From positions 315,115-379,114 of the forward strand of contig JBNGIO010006294.1 of assembly GCA_049999805.1 (NCBI GenBank): a stretch of 64,000 nt of DNA. The letters run 5' to 3'. A program made the position numbers and the translations under genes. The stretch comes from Folioceros fuciformis. Its lineage: Eukaryota. This document shows positions 25,150-37,165 of this stretch, piece by piece. Positions within the stretch are counted from its first letter, which is position 1. Every line of letters begins with the position of its first letter. The notes under the pieces were generated by a model. The model was not told where the DNA came from. It saw nothing but the letters and a program-made list of their open reading frames with translations, and did not search any database.

Positions 25150-28100
25150 ACAGCGAAACCGACAAAAGGAACCTCGCAGTGATAGTTACCTACCGTAAAG
25201 AAAGGAGAACGTGAACGTTATTGTAAACATCTTTCGCCCCGAGGTTTGTCGGGCTTACGGAGCAGTGATTTCATGTATGTCAGGGTTTTTCCAGCTTCTG
25301 GTCCCATGGGTTCGCCTGCGATCTATAATGAAATGCATTAAGCCATGAAAACGTGCCCTATAACTCAAACTCTAAGATGATAAGTTGTTGCAGCCATCCT
25401 GCAAGATCGTGTTTCTGCTTGTTGCGGCCATCTCGCACTACGTGTTTATGCAGAAACCATATGCTGCATGTGCATGTGGCTTGGCTTGGTGGCTTCCGGT
25501 ATTATGAGAAGCTTACTGTCAATAGATGAAGTAATAACTCTTTTTTCTCAACTACCAAATCAGGATAATGAAGTTGTGATTTTAGGATCCGCAAGTCAAT
25601 GATCAGGATGATGAAGTTGTGATTTTAGGATCTGCAAGTCAATACGAGGCAGCAAAGAGCAAATGTCAAACTCTCTCAAGTCTTTTAGCTTATCAGAAGA
25701 GGCGACATCCACACTAATCGACGCATACCATGCATGAGATGCGTCTCGTGCATCTCAAACCTGGAAATTTGGGAAATAAGCACTAGTCTGAAATAGCCAA
25801 AGAGGGGGCTAGTACTTATCACATGGACAGTTTATATGGCCACAAGCAAAACCTAGAGAATCTAAAGAAATTCTACTTGGCCTCGTTTTCAAGCTATGGC
25901 TTCTATTTGTGAAGGCAACGCGAAGTTTGTAAGTATTCCTAATGCACAAGATCCAAGGAGTGGGATTAGCATCATTCCAAAAAGTGATTCCAACAATTTT
26001 AGCACTCCACTGTTTGACTTGCCTGATATTAACATTGTGGGCACTAAGGAAAACTCTAAGATGTCATCTTCTTGTCCAAGCTCTCCATTTCTTGCATCAG
26101 CCACTTTCAGTTTACCAAGGCTTTTACCAATATTTCCACCTACTAGGTATGGGTACACATCTTACGTTTTTCTAGGAGCCTTGATAAATAATCCCTTTTG
26201 CATGCATGTGACATAGATTCATATGAACTTGTTTCAGCAATGGATCTCAAGAAGACGATAGGGAAGAATCCTCTAGTCGTCATAGCAAGGAGTTCCTTGA
26301 CTCTATGCAAGGAAGAAGGGTGAAGAGAGGACGATCTTCTATAAGCCTCAGAAACCAGTTGATCAATGGGCTTACTTCTTTTGCTCAAAGTTTGGCGGCT
26401 ATCGAGTTTGCCAAAATGCCAATCAATTGCAATTATAGAAGCTACTATTGGAACATGAGATAAGAGGATGCGCTAGGGGGGGTTCTTTTTACAATGGCGC
26501 ACTTTCGAGCGTTGTCTTCTACTTCCTTAGCATTTCAAGAATGCATTTCCCCATTCGTGGCTAATGACACTCATATTCTTGGGCAAAGCGTCATAATCAA
26601 AGAAACATTTGATTTCTTTTCATCAAAGCTCTCTAAGGTGGGATGGAGGGTCAAGCTGTTTAAATGTAGAGTTTGGTCCCCTTTAGGCATCACTCCCTTC
26701 ATAGGTTTGTGGATGCATCGTTGGATGAAGATTTGGCTCATATCATGGATCTCTCACAAATTGGTGACCTTCATATTGTGTTTGGTATTCTTTCTTCTTG
26801 TTTTGCGCAGTGATCAAGTTACCTCACTAGAATTGTTGCGCCTTCTCCAATTTTCTTATCAAGTCTTAAGAAGTTCGACATTCAAGTTATGCAAGCTCTT
26901 GGGGACATCATAGATCTTAGCACCTCCGAGTGTGTTGTCAATGATTTGGCTCAGAAGCAGGCTTTCTTGTCGATTGTCTTTAGAAGGGTTGGCCTTTTGA
27001 TCATGGAGGCCTCTGCCCAAACTACCTTTCTCGATAGTTGGGCTCTCTTTGCTTCAATTTTGGCCTCTTGTTTTTTGCTGCAAGATTCCCCTCTTCTTCA
27101 AGGTTTTATCTTATGTGTTGAGAAGGGCATTTTCCCTTTGCAGGTATCTCTCACGCAAGTAAGCGACTCTTTATCTTAAGAGGCTTGTCAGGTTTTACCT
27201 CCTTTCACCTCCTTTTCTAGGGCAGGGTTGAGTGGTCTCCACGCCTCTCTTCTGGAAAAGCATATGGCCAAGCACTAATAGCCCTTCTTTCAAACTCATC
27301 CATCTGTAGGTCTTCTTGGGCTCGTATTTGCTTTTGTTCAAGTAAAGGAGCGGGCTCTTGGGTTTTGGGTCGACCTTGCATCTAAGCGTTTTGAATTGCA
27401 CCAACAACTTTTGCCACCGCGATGAAATTCACTTAGGTTTGGCCCGCCCCTTAGCTTTTTCTCTCCCTACATGTAATTGTAGGGCTGTCATTGTCGATGC
27501 AAGGTCTTCTCTCGCACGTTGTTCCATTGGGGGGCACCGCATTACCACCCATGATGCAGTTCAAGATGTCATGTTCTCAATGGCTAGGGAGTGTGGGTTT
27601 CTTCCATACAAGGAGTGTCCATATACTTTGTGTAACTGCGTTTCACTTAGAGCCTACCTTTTTTTCACTAGGAGGGAACAAGTTTTGTGTCGGTGTCGAT
27701 AATGTGGTTGTTAGGAATCCCACTAGAGATTCGATTTGCGAGCACACCGTCATCAACACCCTTGGGTGGGCAGCAAAGGGCTGTGCAAGTGCCAAAGTTC
27801 ATAAGTATTCACCCTTTCAAGACAAACATATTTTTATCCCCGTTGCTCTTGAGACTCATGGAGCCATGGGCAAGGACTTTTCAAAGTTCATAAAGGAGTG
27901 CGACAAAGGTTTATAAGAGCCATAGGAAGGATGTTCTTGCTCTTTCCTCTATGGTGGCCTTCTTTCTACAATGCGTATCCATTGCTTTACAAAGAGCATT
28001 GGCCAATGTAGTTTTTTGAATAGCAACAAGCGTAGGTCGAGTGGCTTCTTCGGTACTGGTCGCAAAGGCCTTTTATTATTCCACATCATAACATTTTGGG

Positions 28101-29160
28101 AGTAGTAGGTAGCTTTTGAGAATGATGTTTGAAGGGGCTAGTACCCATTTTGGCCTTTGGCTCTGCTCATGTTGTTCCTCTAATCTTTGGCATAGATGGG
28201 ACTTTCCATCTCGTTTTCAATAATAGAAAAAATCTTTTCAAATTCACATTCAAGTCCTTTAGAATTCTCAACTTGTTCTTCAATAAGGCATATGCATTTT
28301 CCATCTTCACCTACCCTTAACACATGTTCCTATTGAACACAACCTTGTCTTCCTACCTACTTGTTGAATGATACGGTTTTAATAAACATGGCATAAGTGG
28401 ATACGCACTATCCCTAACTATGTAAGGGGCCACAATCCTTCCTTCAACTTGTAATTTTGGCTTAGTCAAAATCTTGCCATCCATCATCCTTTTCCATGCA
28501 TTACTTTCCTTCAATATTGTTAAAACATGTACTCCTCCAAGATTCGTACAACACACATCTGGAAAGAGTTTGCCTGCATTACAAATACCTTGCAACACAA
28601 TAGAATGTATGTCATGCTGACACCAATATGCAACTAGGTTATCTTGTTAGGTTGTTGGGCTAGCTTGATATGAGATCCATCAATCCACCCCACCATGTTA
28701 GGTAACACTGTGAGAGTGGCTGAAATAACTTGTTGCATATATTGGGAGGGCCATGTGATGAAATTTGAGAAAAAAATTTGTGGATTGCTCAACACTTTAG
28801 TAATGTATAAAGCCTATAGTTGCACCAACTCCATACATATTAGCAATAATATATGGCAACAAACCAAGAGCAAGGCGGTGAAGCACTCTTACCATTGCAT
28901 GACCTAGTTATAAAGGTTCTCGTAAAGAAGACAAAAGAATGTGAGGTTGTAGTAAACTAACCAATGAAATGAAATTGGGGTAAGACATCTTGTAAACAAA
29001 TCGCCATTGAGCATTGTAAACTCTCGCCTCATCCCAATGTTAAGTTATCATGTGCACACCCGTCATTAATGCCATTTGACAAGGATATTTCCACCAGGCT
29101 CTATGTTAGAGCTGAGTATTCTCCTATGTTAGAGCTGAGTATTCTCCTCTTCGATCGCTA
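25150..29160. mobile_element. PIF/Harbinger DNA transposon, decayed copy 1 (Myb/SANT-like gene on +, DDE transposase on -), interrupted by a non-LTR element
   Basis: 25150-26465 is colinear with 30860-32365. The minus strand at 28235-28900 gives HSIVLQGICNA, YIVRDSAYPLMPCLLKPY and ENAYALLKNK, which are Harbinger DDE motifs. TIRs not identified. Confidence 0.85.
26466..28232 (+). mobile_element. 5'-truncated non-LTR retrotransposon with restriction-like endonuclease (CRE-like), decayed
   Basis: RT remnants DALGGVLFTMAHFRAL and ANDTHILG (xADD-like). Cys/His-like segment TCNC..RCSIGGHRITTHDAVQDV. RLE tail KVHKY..FIPVALETHGAMGKDF..VSIALQRA. Ends in an A-rich tail CAATAATAGAAAAA. Confidence 0.8.
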
Positions 29161-29879
29161 CAGTCATCATGGATATCAAAATAACAATGATAATACAATT
29201 GAGAAAGAAGGGTTGGTTTGAAAGGAAAGAATGTCCAGATAAAGTCAAGCCGTATAATGAAGAGGCAATTAACATTAAATCAATATTACCAATACTGGGC
29301 TGCATATTTTGGGAAAGCCCCTTTTTCTTAACAACTTTGCCCCTATACCTTAGAAGACAAGGGGCAATTTTGGAAAAAAAAATGGCTTTGAGCCTTCAAC
29401 CAAAGTGAAAAAGGGAGCACATGGGAGTCCTAGTTTTTGAGAAAAATAGCTTTCAATTTTTTTTCTTAGAGAAAATTGGCTTTTTACTATGGCACTCAGA
29501 AACATATCTTCAATGTGTATTATACTTTATGATAAAACCTATGAATGTTAATATAGTTCATAGATCAAATCACATAATTTTTTATTTCTAAGTATGATAA
29601 TAGGGGACAACTTTCATTGAGATTCAAAATAGAAGTAGCAAGACATAAAGACTCTCCTATTTTATAGATGTAGGTTAAGACTACAAGTTCAAGTATATGT
29701 GTCTACATTCTTTTGGCTTCCCATCTATATTACATTTCATCTTAGTTTACTACGTGTGAGTTGCTGCAAAATCCATTGATTGAAGGGATGTATAAATAAT
29801 CAAGTCTTGCTCAGTGGCTTGGAAAGAGGCCTATAGATGAAGCATCAGAGAATGTGGAGGACTCCAATCATGAGGAAGT

Positions 29880-30410
29880 TGAAGTGGACAAAACTTAACC
29901 ACCGAAGAAGTGGCAAGAGTCATATCCAGAAAGTATCCATGGATTCGATACGATGCTAAGACTAAGATAGTCTGGTGTAAAATTTGCAAGCAATATGGGA
30001 AGAAAAGTTGCATCAAATGGTACAATGACACAACAAAGATTAAGTCCAGTTCTATGAACAAACATGCTTTGAATGCAATTCATCGAAACTCAACTAAAAC
30101 CCGAGATCATGATAGTCTAAGATTTACGAAAGTGGTGAAAAATGTAGTGGGGAGTAGTTCTAATGGTCTAATTTTTTTGTTTAAATGACATATTACTATG
30201 GTAGAAATAATGTACCTTTCGTGCAATTTCATCATACGATTACTTTGTAGGATGAGGAAATATCTCATCATAATACCATGATGATAAAACTGGTGCTGAG
30301 ATCGTAACATGCATGGCCCTTGACATACATTAGAATTTGGCAAAGTCGAATAACCCTGAGTTTTGCATTTGGTTTGATGATTGATGAATCCACTACATCT
30401 TCTACTTTCA
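29880..30410 (+). mobile_element. hAT-like transposase remnant (TTF-type zinc finger plus first catalytic Asp region)
   Basis: KYPWIRY..VWCKICKQY..MNKHALNAIH, then FGLMIDESTT at ~30366. Broken by stops. Confidence 0.65.
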
Positions 30411-31133
30411 TGTTTCGGAATAGTTAGTTTTTGTTTTGTTTTATTTTCTTAGAAAAAAAAGAATTCTTTTCTTAAGGTAAAATAAATTTAGGCCTCCAAT
30501 TTTAGACTAAAAGGTCTATTTAACACTTTATTGAAGTATAAATTATCTTGAGGAATCCAAAAAAAAGTAAAAGAATGAATTTAAGCCTCTAGGTAAAATT
30601 ATTTGCCAAGGTTTGATTGGACTAGTACACGACGCTCGTCATGGGTTTGTTGCCGCATCATTAAATGTAGCTGCACTAGTGAAAGTTTAAGGCACTATGC
30701 CATGAAAGCTTAATTGTCATTCATCACTGCGCTATAGCATGTTTTCGTTGTTTAGCCATCATAATGAAGACTATAACAGCGTTATTCGTCTTGTCAGCTA
30801 CGTTGTGAAAGGCGTTTCTCAATGAGTGCAAGCGTTCCTGAGCTCCTTGAAGCGCCTTTCATAATGAAGCTGACAAAAGAAACCACATAGTGATAGTTAC
30901 GTACAATAAAGAAAGGAGAACGTTATTTTAAACATCGTTTTGCCATCTTTTGCCTTGTTGTTTGTCAGGCTACGACATATTGTTTTGATGTATGTCGGGG
31001 TTTTTCCAGCTTTTGGTCCCATGGGTTGGCCTGAGATCTATAATGAAATGCATTAAGCCTATTGAAACTCGTTCTAAAACTCAAACACTTCGATCAAGTT
31101 GTTACAGTCATCTACAAGATCGTGTTTTTGCTT

Positions 31134-31388
31134 GTTGTGGCTGTAGCACAAGATTGTGTTTCTGCTTGTTACCATTTGCAGGGTGTGTATGTGGGTTTTG
31201 TGGATGTCGCACAAGATTGTGTTTCTGCTTGCTACCATTTGCAGGGTGTGTATGTGGGTTTTGTGGCTGTCGCACAAGATTGTGTTTCTGCTTGTTACCA
31301 TTTGCAGGGTGTGTATGTGGGTTTTGTGGCTGTCGCACAAGATTGTGTTTCTGCTTGTTACTATTTGCAGGGTGTGTATGTGGGTTTC
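31134..31388. repeat. 63-bp tandem repeat x4
   Basis: TGTGGCTGTCGCACAAGATTGTGTTTCTGCTTGTTACCATTTGCAGGGTGTGTATGTGGGTTT units; all frames show a 21-aa repeat. Confidence 0.95.
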
Positions 31389-33245
31389 AGTGTTTTGGTA
31401 CTTTGCAGTCAGTGGATGAAGTGATGGCTCTTTTTTCTCAACTACCAAATGTGGATGATGAAGTTGTGGCATTAAGATTTGCAAGTCAATACGAGGCAAC
31501 ACAAAGCAAGTGGTCAAACTCTCTCAAGTCTCTTATCCGATCAAAAGAGGCAACGTCCACACTAATCGACGTATACCATGAGATGCATCTCACAGACCTC
31601 AAAGCTGGGAATTTGGGAAATGAGCACTGGTCTGAAATAGCCAGAGAGGTGGCTAGTACTTGTCACATGGATGGCTTATGTGCCAAGATTCTTGCCAGTG
31701 TGATTCTGAAGTGCAAGCTGAAGCTAGAGAATCTAAAGAAGAGGTATCGCAAGGAGAAGGAGATGAGGTCAAACACAAGTCACGTGAATTCTACTTGGCC
31801 TCATTTTCAAGCTATGGCTTCTATTTGTGAAGGCAACCCCAAGTTTGTAGGTATTCCTAGAGTTGGCATTGTTCTAGAGCGTGATTCCAACAATTTCAGC
31901 ACTCCACTGTTTGACTTGCATTATACTAACGCTGTGGGCACTAAGGACAACTTTAAGGTGCCACCTTCTTGTCCAAGCTCTCCATTTCTTGCATCAAACA
32001 TAGTCAGTTTATCAAGACCACTTCCAACAATCTCTCCTCCTAGGTATGGGCTATACACCTTGTGTTTTTCCAGGATCCTTCATGTATGATCGCTTTTGCA
32101 TGCATGTGACGTAGATTGATGTGAACTTGTTTTGGCAGTGAATCTCAAGAAGAAGATAGAAAGGAATTCCTTAGTCGAGATAGCAAGGAGTTTGTTGACT
32201 CTGTGCAAGGAAGAAGGGTGAAGAGAAGATGTCTTCTACAGGGCTTGGAAACCAACTGATCAACAGGCTTACTCCTATTGCTCAAAGTTTAGCTGCTATC
32301 GAGTATGCCAAAATGTCAAATCAATTGCAGTTGCAAAAGCTACTATTGGTACATGAGAGGAAGAACCAGTTGGAGATGCAGAAGCTCATGTTAGAAAAAG
32401 AGATTAGGAGAGAGCAAATTCAGATGGAGAACTAGGTTTGCATGGCATAAGCCTTACCTGTAAGGAGGTCTCTTATGAAAGCAAGGGCAGGACAAAGAGA
32501 GCCTTGATGACAAGAACTCGTGTTCCATTTTGAGGTTTGCATGCATGTTTGTGAAAGCCTTCCAATTTCTGCTCATGAGTATATGCGTGCATCCTTCCAT
32601 TTTGAAGCTTACATGCATGTTTCTAGTGTGAGATTCTTGCAATTTCCACTTGCAAGTACATATGAGAGCACGTGAGAGGCTTTAGCTTACGGGTCTGCAA
32701 TGGATGTGAGCGTTTTGTGACTAAGAAAATATCCATGTATTCAGGAATATTATAATTAAATAATATATATATATCATAACAAAAAAGATTAATTCTATAA
32801 CAAACTTAAATTCTATATAAACTCAATGTCCCTCAATATTTGTGACTTTCTAGTGGTCAAACAATGCATTCTTTCGTTCCTTGGCTTCATTGTACAATAT
32901 TCTATTGGAGACACCTTATCACAAATTGATGTGTCCCTCTTCATGTAATGGATATGGATCTACATCAATGTCGCTAGATTGTGGCTCTTTCACCATAATG
33001 CAAAAGTTGTGTAGAGTACAACATGCAATCACAACTGGACAAGCATACTTTAAACGCACATTCAAGTTCTTCATAATTCTCCCCTTGTTCTTCAACAAAG
33101 CATATGCATTTCCAATCTTCACCCACCCTCGAAGCATGTTCCTATTGAACACAATCTTGTCTTGTCATCCTGCCTACTTGTTGAATGATAAGGTTGCAAT
33201 AAAAATGGCATAAGTGGATACACACTATCCTCGACTATGTAAGGG

Positions 33246-33645
33246 NNNNNNNNNNNNNNNNNNNNNNNNNNNNNNNNNNNNNNNNNNNNNNNNNNNNNNN
33301 NNNNNNNNNNNNNNNNNNNNNNNNNNNNNNNNNNNNNNNNNNNNNNNNNNNNNNNNNNNNNNNNNNNNNNNNNNNNNNNNNNNNNNNNNNNNNNNNNNNN
33401 NNNNNNNNNNNNNNNNNNNNNNNNNNNNNNNNNNNNNNNNNNNNNNNNNNNNNNNNNNNNNNNNNNNNNNNNNNNNNNNNNNNNNNNNNNNNNNNNNNNN
33501 NNNNNNNNNNNNNNNNNNNNNNNNNNNNNNNNNNNNNNNNNNNNNNNNNNNNNNNNNNNNNNNNNNNNNNNNNNNNNNNNNNNNNNNNNNNNNNNNNNNN
33601 NNNNNNNNNNNNNNNNNNNNNNNNNNNNNNNNNNNNNNNNNNNNN
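33246..33645. other. Assembly gap (400 N) inside Harbinger transposase
   Basis: Run of N flanked on both sides by CTATGTAAGGG. Confidence 0.99.
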
Positions 33646-34187
33646 CTATGTAAGGGGCCACAATCGTTTCTTCAACTTGTAATCTTGGCTTAGTCAAAAT
33701 CCTGCTATCCATCATCTTTTTACGAACACTACTTTCCTTTAATATTGTTGCGTCATGTACTCCTTTTAGAAGAGTGCAACACACATCTAGAAAGAGTTTG
33801 TTTGCATCACAAATACATGTGCAACATAATAGAATGTATGTCATGCTGACAGCAATATGCAACTGGTTTATTTTTCTTATCAAGTTGTTGGGCTAGCTTG
33901 ATATGAGATCTATCAATATAGCCCATTATGTTAGGTAACCTTGTAAGAGTTTGGAACTTGGCGAAAATAACTTATTGCCTATGTTGGGAAGGCTATGTGA
34001 TGAAATGTGAGAATAATTTTTGTGGATTGCTCAACACTTTTAGTAATGTATAAAATGTATTATACTAGTGTAGATGCACCAACTCCATACATATCAGCAA
34101 TAATAATACATGACGACAAATTAAAATAAATAAATGAATAAATTATCTGTAACTATTTAATTAATTATGGATAAAAATCCTACACGA

Positions 34188-34266
34188 TTGCACACCAAAA
34201 TACAAAGAGAAAAGGCTGCACACCAAAATATAAAGAGGAAAAACTGCACACCAAAATATAAAGAGG
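34188..34266. repeat. ~28-bp tandem repeat x3
   Basis: TGCACACCAAAATA(C/T)AAAGAG repeated three times. Confidence 0.85.
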
Positions 34267-34929
34267 GAAGGGAAAGTCTAGTGACCTAAAATGTGTGGGG
34301 AAGGTAGCCTTATATCGGTTCCGGCGTATTATAAAAATACAGTTAACATTAAATCCATAGATTATCAATACCGGGCTTGGACGGGACGCCCGTCCCGTCC
34401 TGGGTTTGGTGTCTGACCATTAAATGTAGGGCTGCACAGGTCAAACTGCCGTGAAAGGCTAACAGCGATCCATCACTGCGCTATCGCAGTTTTTCTTTGT
34501 TTAGCCTCCGTAATGGTAACTATAACGCTGTTCATTCTAACCCCTATGTTGTGACAGGCGTTTGAGAGACGAGAAGCTTGAAACAGGGGCAAGCGGTTAA
34601 TGGGAGCACCTCCGGTTGATGGAGCACCTGCACACAAACACCGGAGATGGAGCACCTGCACACATGGTGATTGCCCCCGTGCCCCCTCGGCGTCCCCCTG
34701 ACAACCAATGGGATTGTCGTTGAAGCAGCGACACGAGCCGCAACAAAACGCACCGCTGTACGCGGAGCTTGATCAAGTCCCGCAAGCGGACAGGGAACAC
34801 ACCGAATACCAATAAGCTAGGGCCTGGCCTCCTCCCGCTCCCCACGTGTTTGGGAGGCCGTAATAAGCTAGGTGAATTGACTCCAGGCTGGAGTACTGTT
34901 TGAGCACAGAGTGTGTACATGTGCGAAGC

Positions 34930-37165
34930 CCAGGCCGAGGCCGAGGCCGAGGCCGAGGCCCAGGCCGCGGCCCCGGTCCGGTGGTGTTAGCGTGGAGCAA
35001 TTTTGGTGGGTGGTGGAAGCGAAGGTTCCGTTCTTCATCACACACGTCTTGTCCACTTGACTGCTAACGGTTTTGGCGAGGGATTGGAAGAATACAAGGC
35101 TGAGTATCCGGGGCGGCGGGCGGGCCGAGGGGGTGATTGTCCAACGGGAGGTCGGGTAGCGCGGCAGGGGGGATGGGCTTTCACGTCTCTTCTGAAGGCG
35201 ACGGCGACGGCGACGGCGAAAGCAACGGCCAGGGCCAGGGCCAGGGCCAGGGCCAGGACACAGGAATCGGAATCGGAATCGCTGCGAGCTCTCTCCCAAT
35301 AAACGTGCCTGGTCCCGACGAGCTACGCCACAGTAGGCCTAGCCTATGGCCTACGAGTCTAGGACCCCGTGGGCGACGCGTGCCACTGTTATGGCGCACA
35401 ACAGAGCCCCCTCCTGGCTGCTGTCTCATCACTGGACGCCAAGTGCGCTCGCGGATGAAATCCGTCCACACCTGTCAGTTGTTGCAGTAGTCCATTGGAC
35501 GTGAAAGGACTATTTTGTTTCCTCTCCTCTCCTCTCCTCTCCTCTCCTCTCCTCTCCTCACCTTTCCCCCTCATTTCCGGGTCGTCCACGGAAAACGATA
35601 GTGGACGGACAGCCACCTCACCTGCGCTGTGCTATCGTGGGACCACAGGACAACACAAGCTCACAAGACAACAGCACACAACTGAGCATTACAGAACGGC
35701 TCATAAAGTCGTGGGGGATACATTCCATTCCATTCCATTCCATTCCCATCCTTCCCGTTCCGTTTGCCCTTTTTGGAATGTCCAACGGACCGGGCCTGAC
35801 CCAGCCTGGCCGGGCTAACGCCATCCATGCGGAGTGGGAAGAGCATTAGAAAAGGAATTTCCAAGGATCGTGCAACGCTTTAAGACACTTTTTGCAGGGA
35901 GGACAATTTGCGCTTTTACTCCAGCCCGCCTCTTCCAGCTTGAGTGGAGATTGAGAGTGGGGTAAAAGGTCCAGTCGACGCGTGTACGGCAAAGGGGGGT
36001 TTCCAAAATTGTTTGGAGCCGGGACCAGGAAAGCGGAATGGGCCATGGGAAACATGGAGCCATGTATTGGTGGCAGCCTTGATACGCAGGCTCCCAGATA
36101 TTTTGTGGGAACCTTATGTCCTTTTCTGGTATTAGGCTGCCTTGAGGGGCCATGAGAGGACATGCATCGTGCCGGTTGATTAACCTAATACCACCAGGGT
36201 GGGTTCCCGTTCAGGCTCCTGGAAGGTGTGGAGAAAGAGAGAAGAAGAGCGGGCAGCGGGCAGCGGGCAGCGGCGAAACAGGCGCCGGGTGGGCGGCGCA
36301 AGGCCCCAGGAATTGAGGAGACCAGGGCCAGGGCCAGGGCCAGGGCCAGGGGGACACAGGGTGACCGGTACAAGGGCCCCCCGAGCATTCAAGGCATCAA
36401 TGGTGCGCCAAGTCAACCTCCCAAAGTCATACAATAAGCTCAACACAAGGACATAGAGAGGACACGCGTGTCCTGACGCCATATCCTGACACCAAGAAAG
36501 CGATTATTGAGAAGCCCAGTTTCGCCAGCCGGTAGCCGACCCACTACTCGACCCAGGGTACAAGTACTTACACCAAGGGGGGACGAAATTCCGGACGAAG
36601 TCGCCAACCAGGCCAAAGGAGGCTCCCGGGGGGTGCCGGGCCCGGGGCAAAGGCCGCAGCCTGGGGCCTGGTCCGGGACCGAAGCCGTAGCCGGGGCCGG
36701 GGCCGGGGCCGGGGCCGGGGCCGAGGTTGGGATATTTTGTTTTAGGCCACTTTTTGCTGCCTTTTGTTGGCTTGAGGACACTAGGCTGTGGCCATGGCGG
36801 CCAGCCAAGGCTCGTAGGAGATCACGATGGAGAGATCCCCTGCGCCCATAGCGGAGCCAGTGGCGCGCCGCGCCCCTGAGTCGCAAAAGGCCCCAAAGGG
36901 CAATCATGGGAGTCATCATTCTTGTGCGGCTGGGGCCAATCTCCACCGCTCCTGATTACCAGCCTTTTAACAGAGCGCGGAGCGCAGGCCAGGCATTCGG
37001 GGTCCGGCTAAGGCACGACTTTTGAAGCGCACCGGGCCAGGCCAGGCCAGGCCAGGCCAGCCCAGCCCAGCCCAGGCCAAGCCAGTCTGGCTGGCTACCA
37101 CTCACACACTAGGGCTACACCCACCCAGCCCCCGCACCAGCCCCAGCCCCAGCCCCAGCCCAGGC
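34930..37165. repeat. Cluster of GC-rich penta- and hexanucleotide microsatellites
   Basis: (GGCCGA)n ~34933, (GACGGC)n ~35198, (CCAGGG)n ~35229 and ~36322, (CTCTC)n 35521-35558, (CATTC)n 35721-35745, (CCGGGG)n ~36691 and (GGCCA)n ~37035. Confidence 0.9.

Larger units (their letters stand above)
30790..34110. mobile_element. PIF/Harbinger DNA transposon copy 2 (convergent Myb-like ORF and transposase)
   Basis: Plus strand 31424-32435 is Myb/SANT (trihelix-like): EATSTLIDVY..HWSEIAREV..CKLKLENLKKRYRKEK..WPHFQAM, with a coiled-coil tail. Minus strand 32880-34110 is transposase: FLDVC..GVHDATILKES, DSVYPL, VKIGNAYALLKNK, ACCTLHNFC. Confidence 0.88.

Noticed and set aside
30674..34070. CACTAGT...ACTAGTG as CACTA terminal inverted repeats
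   Set aside because: The match is only 7 bp, the content is Harbinger-type, and homology with copy 1 continues past 34070.
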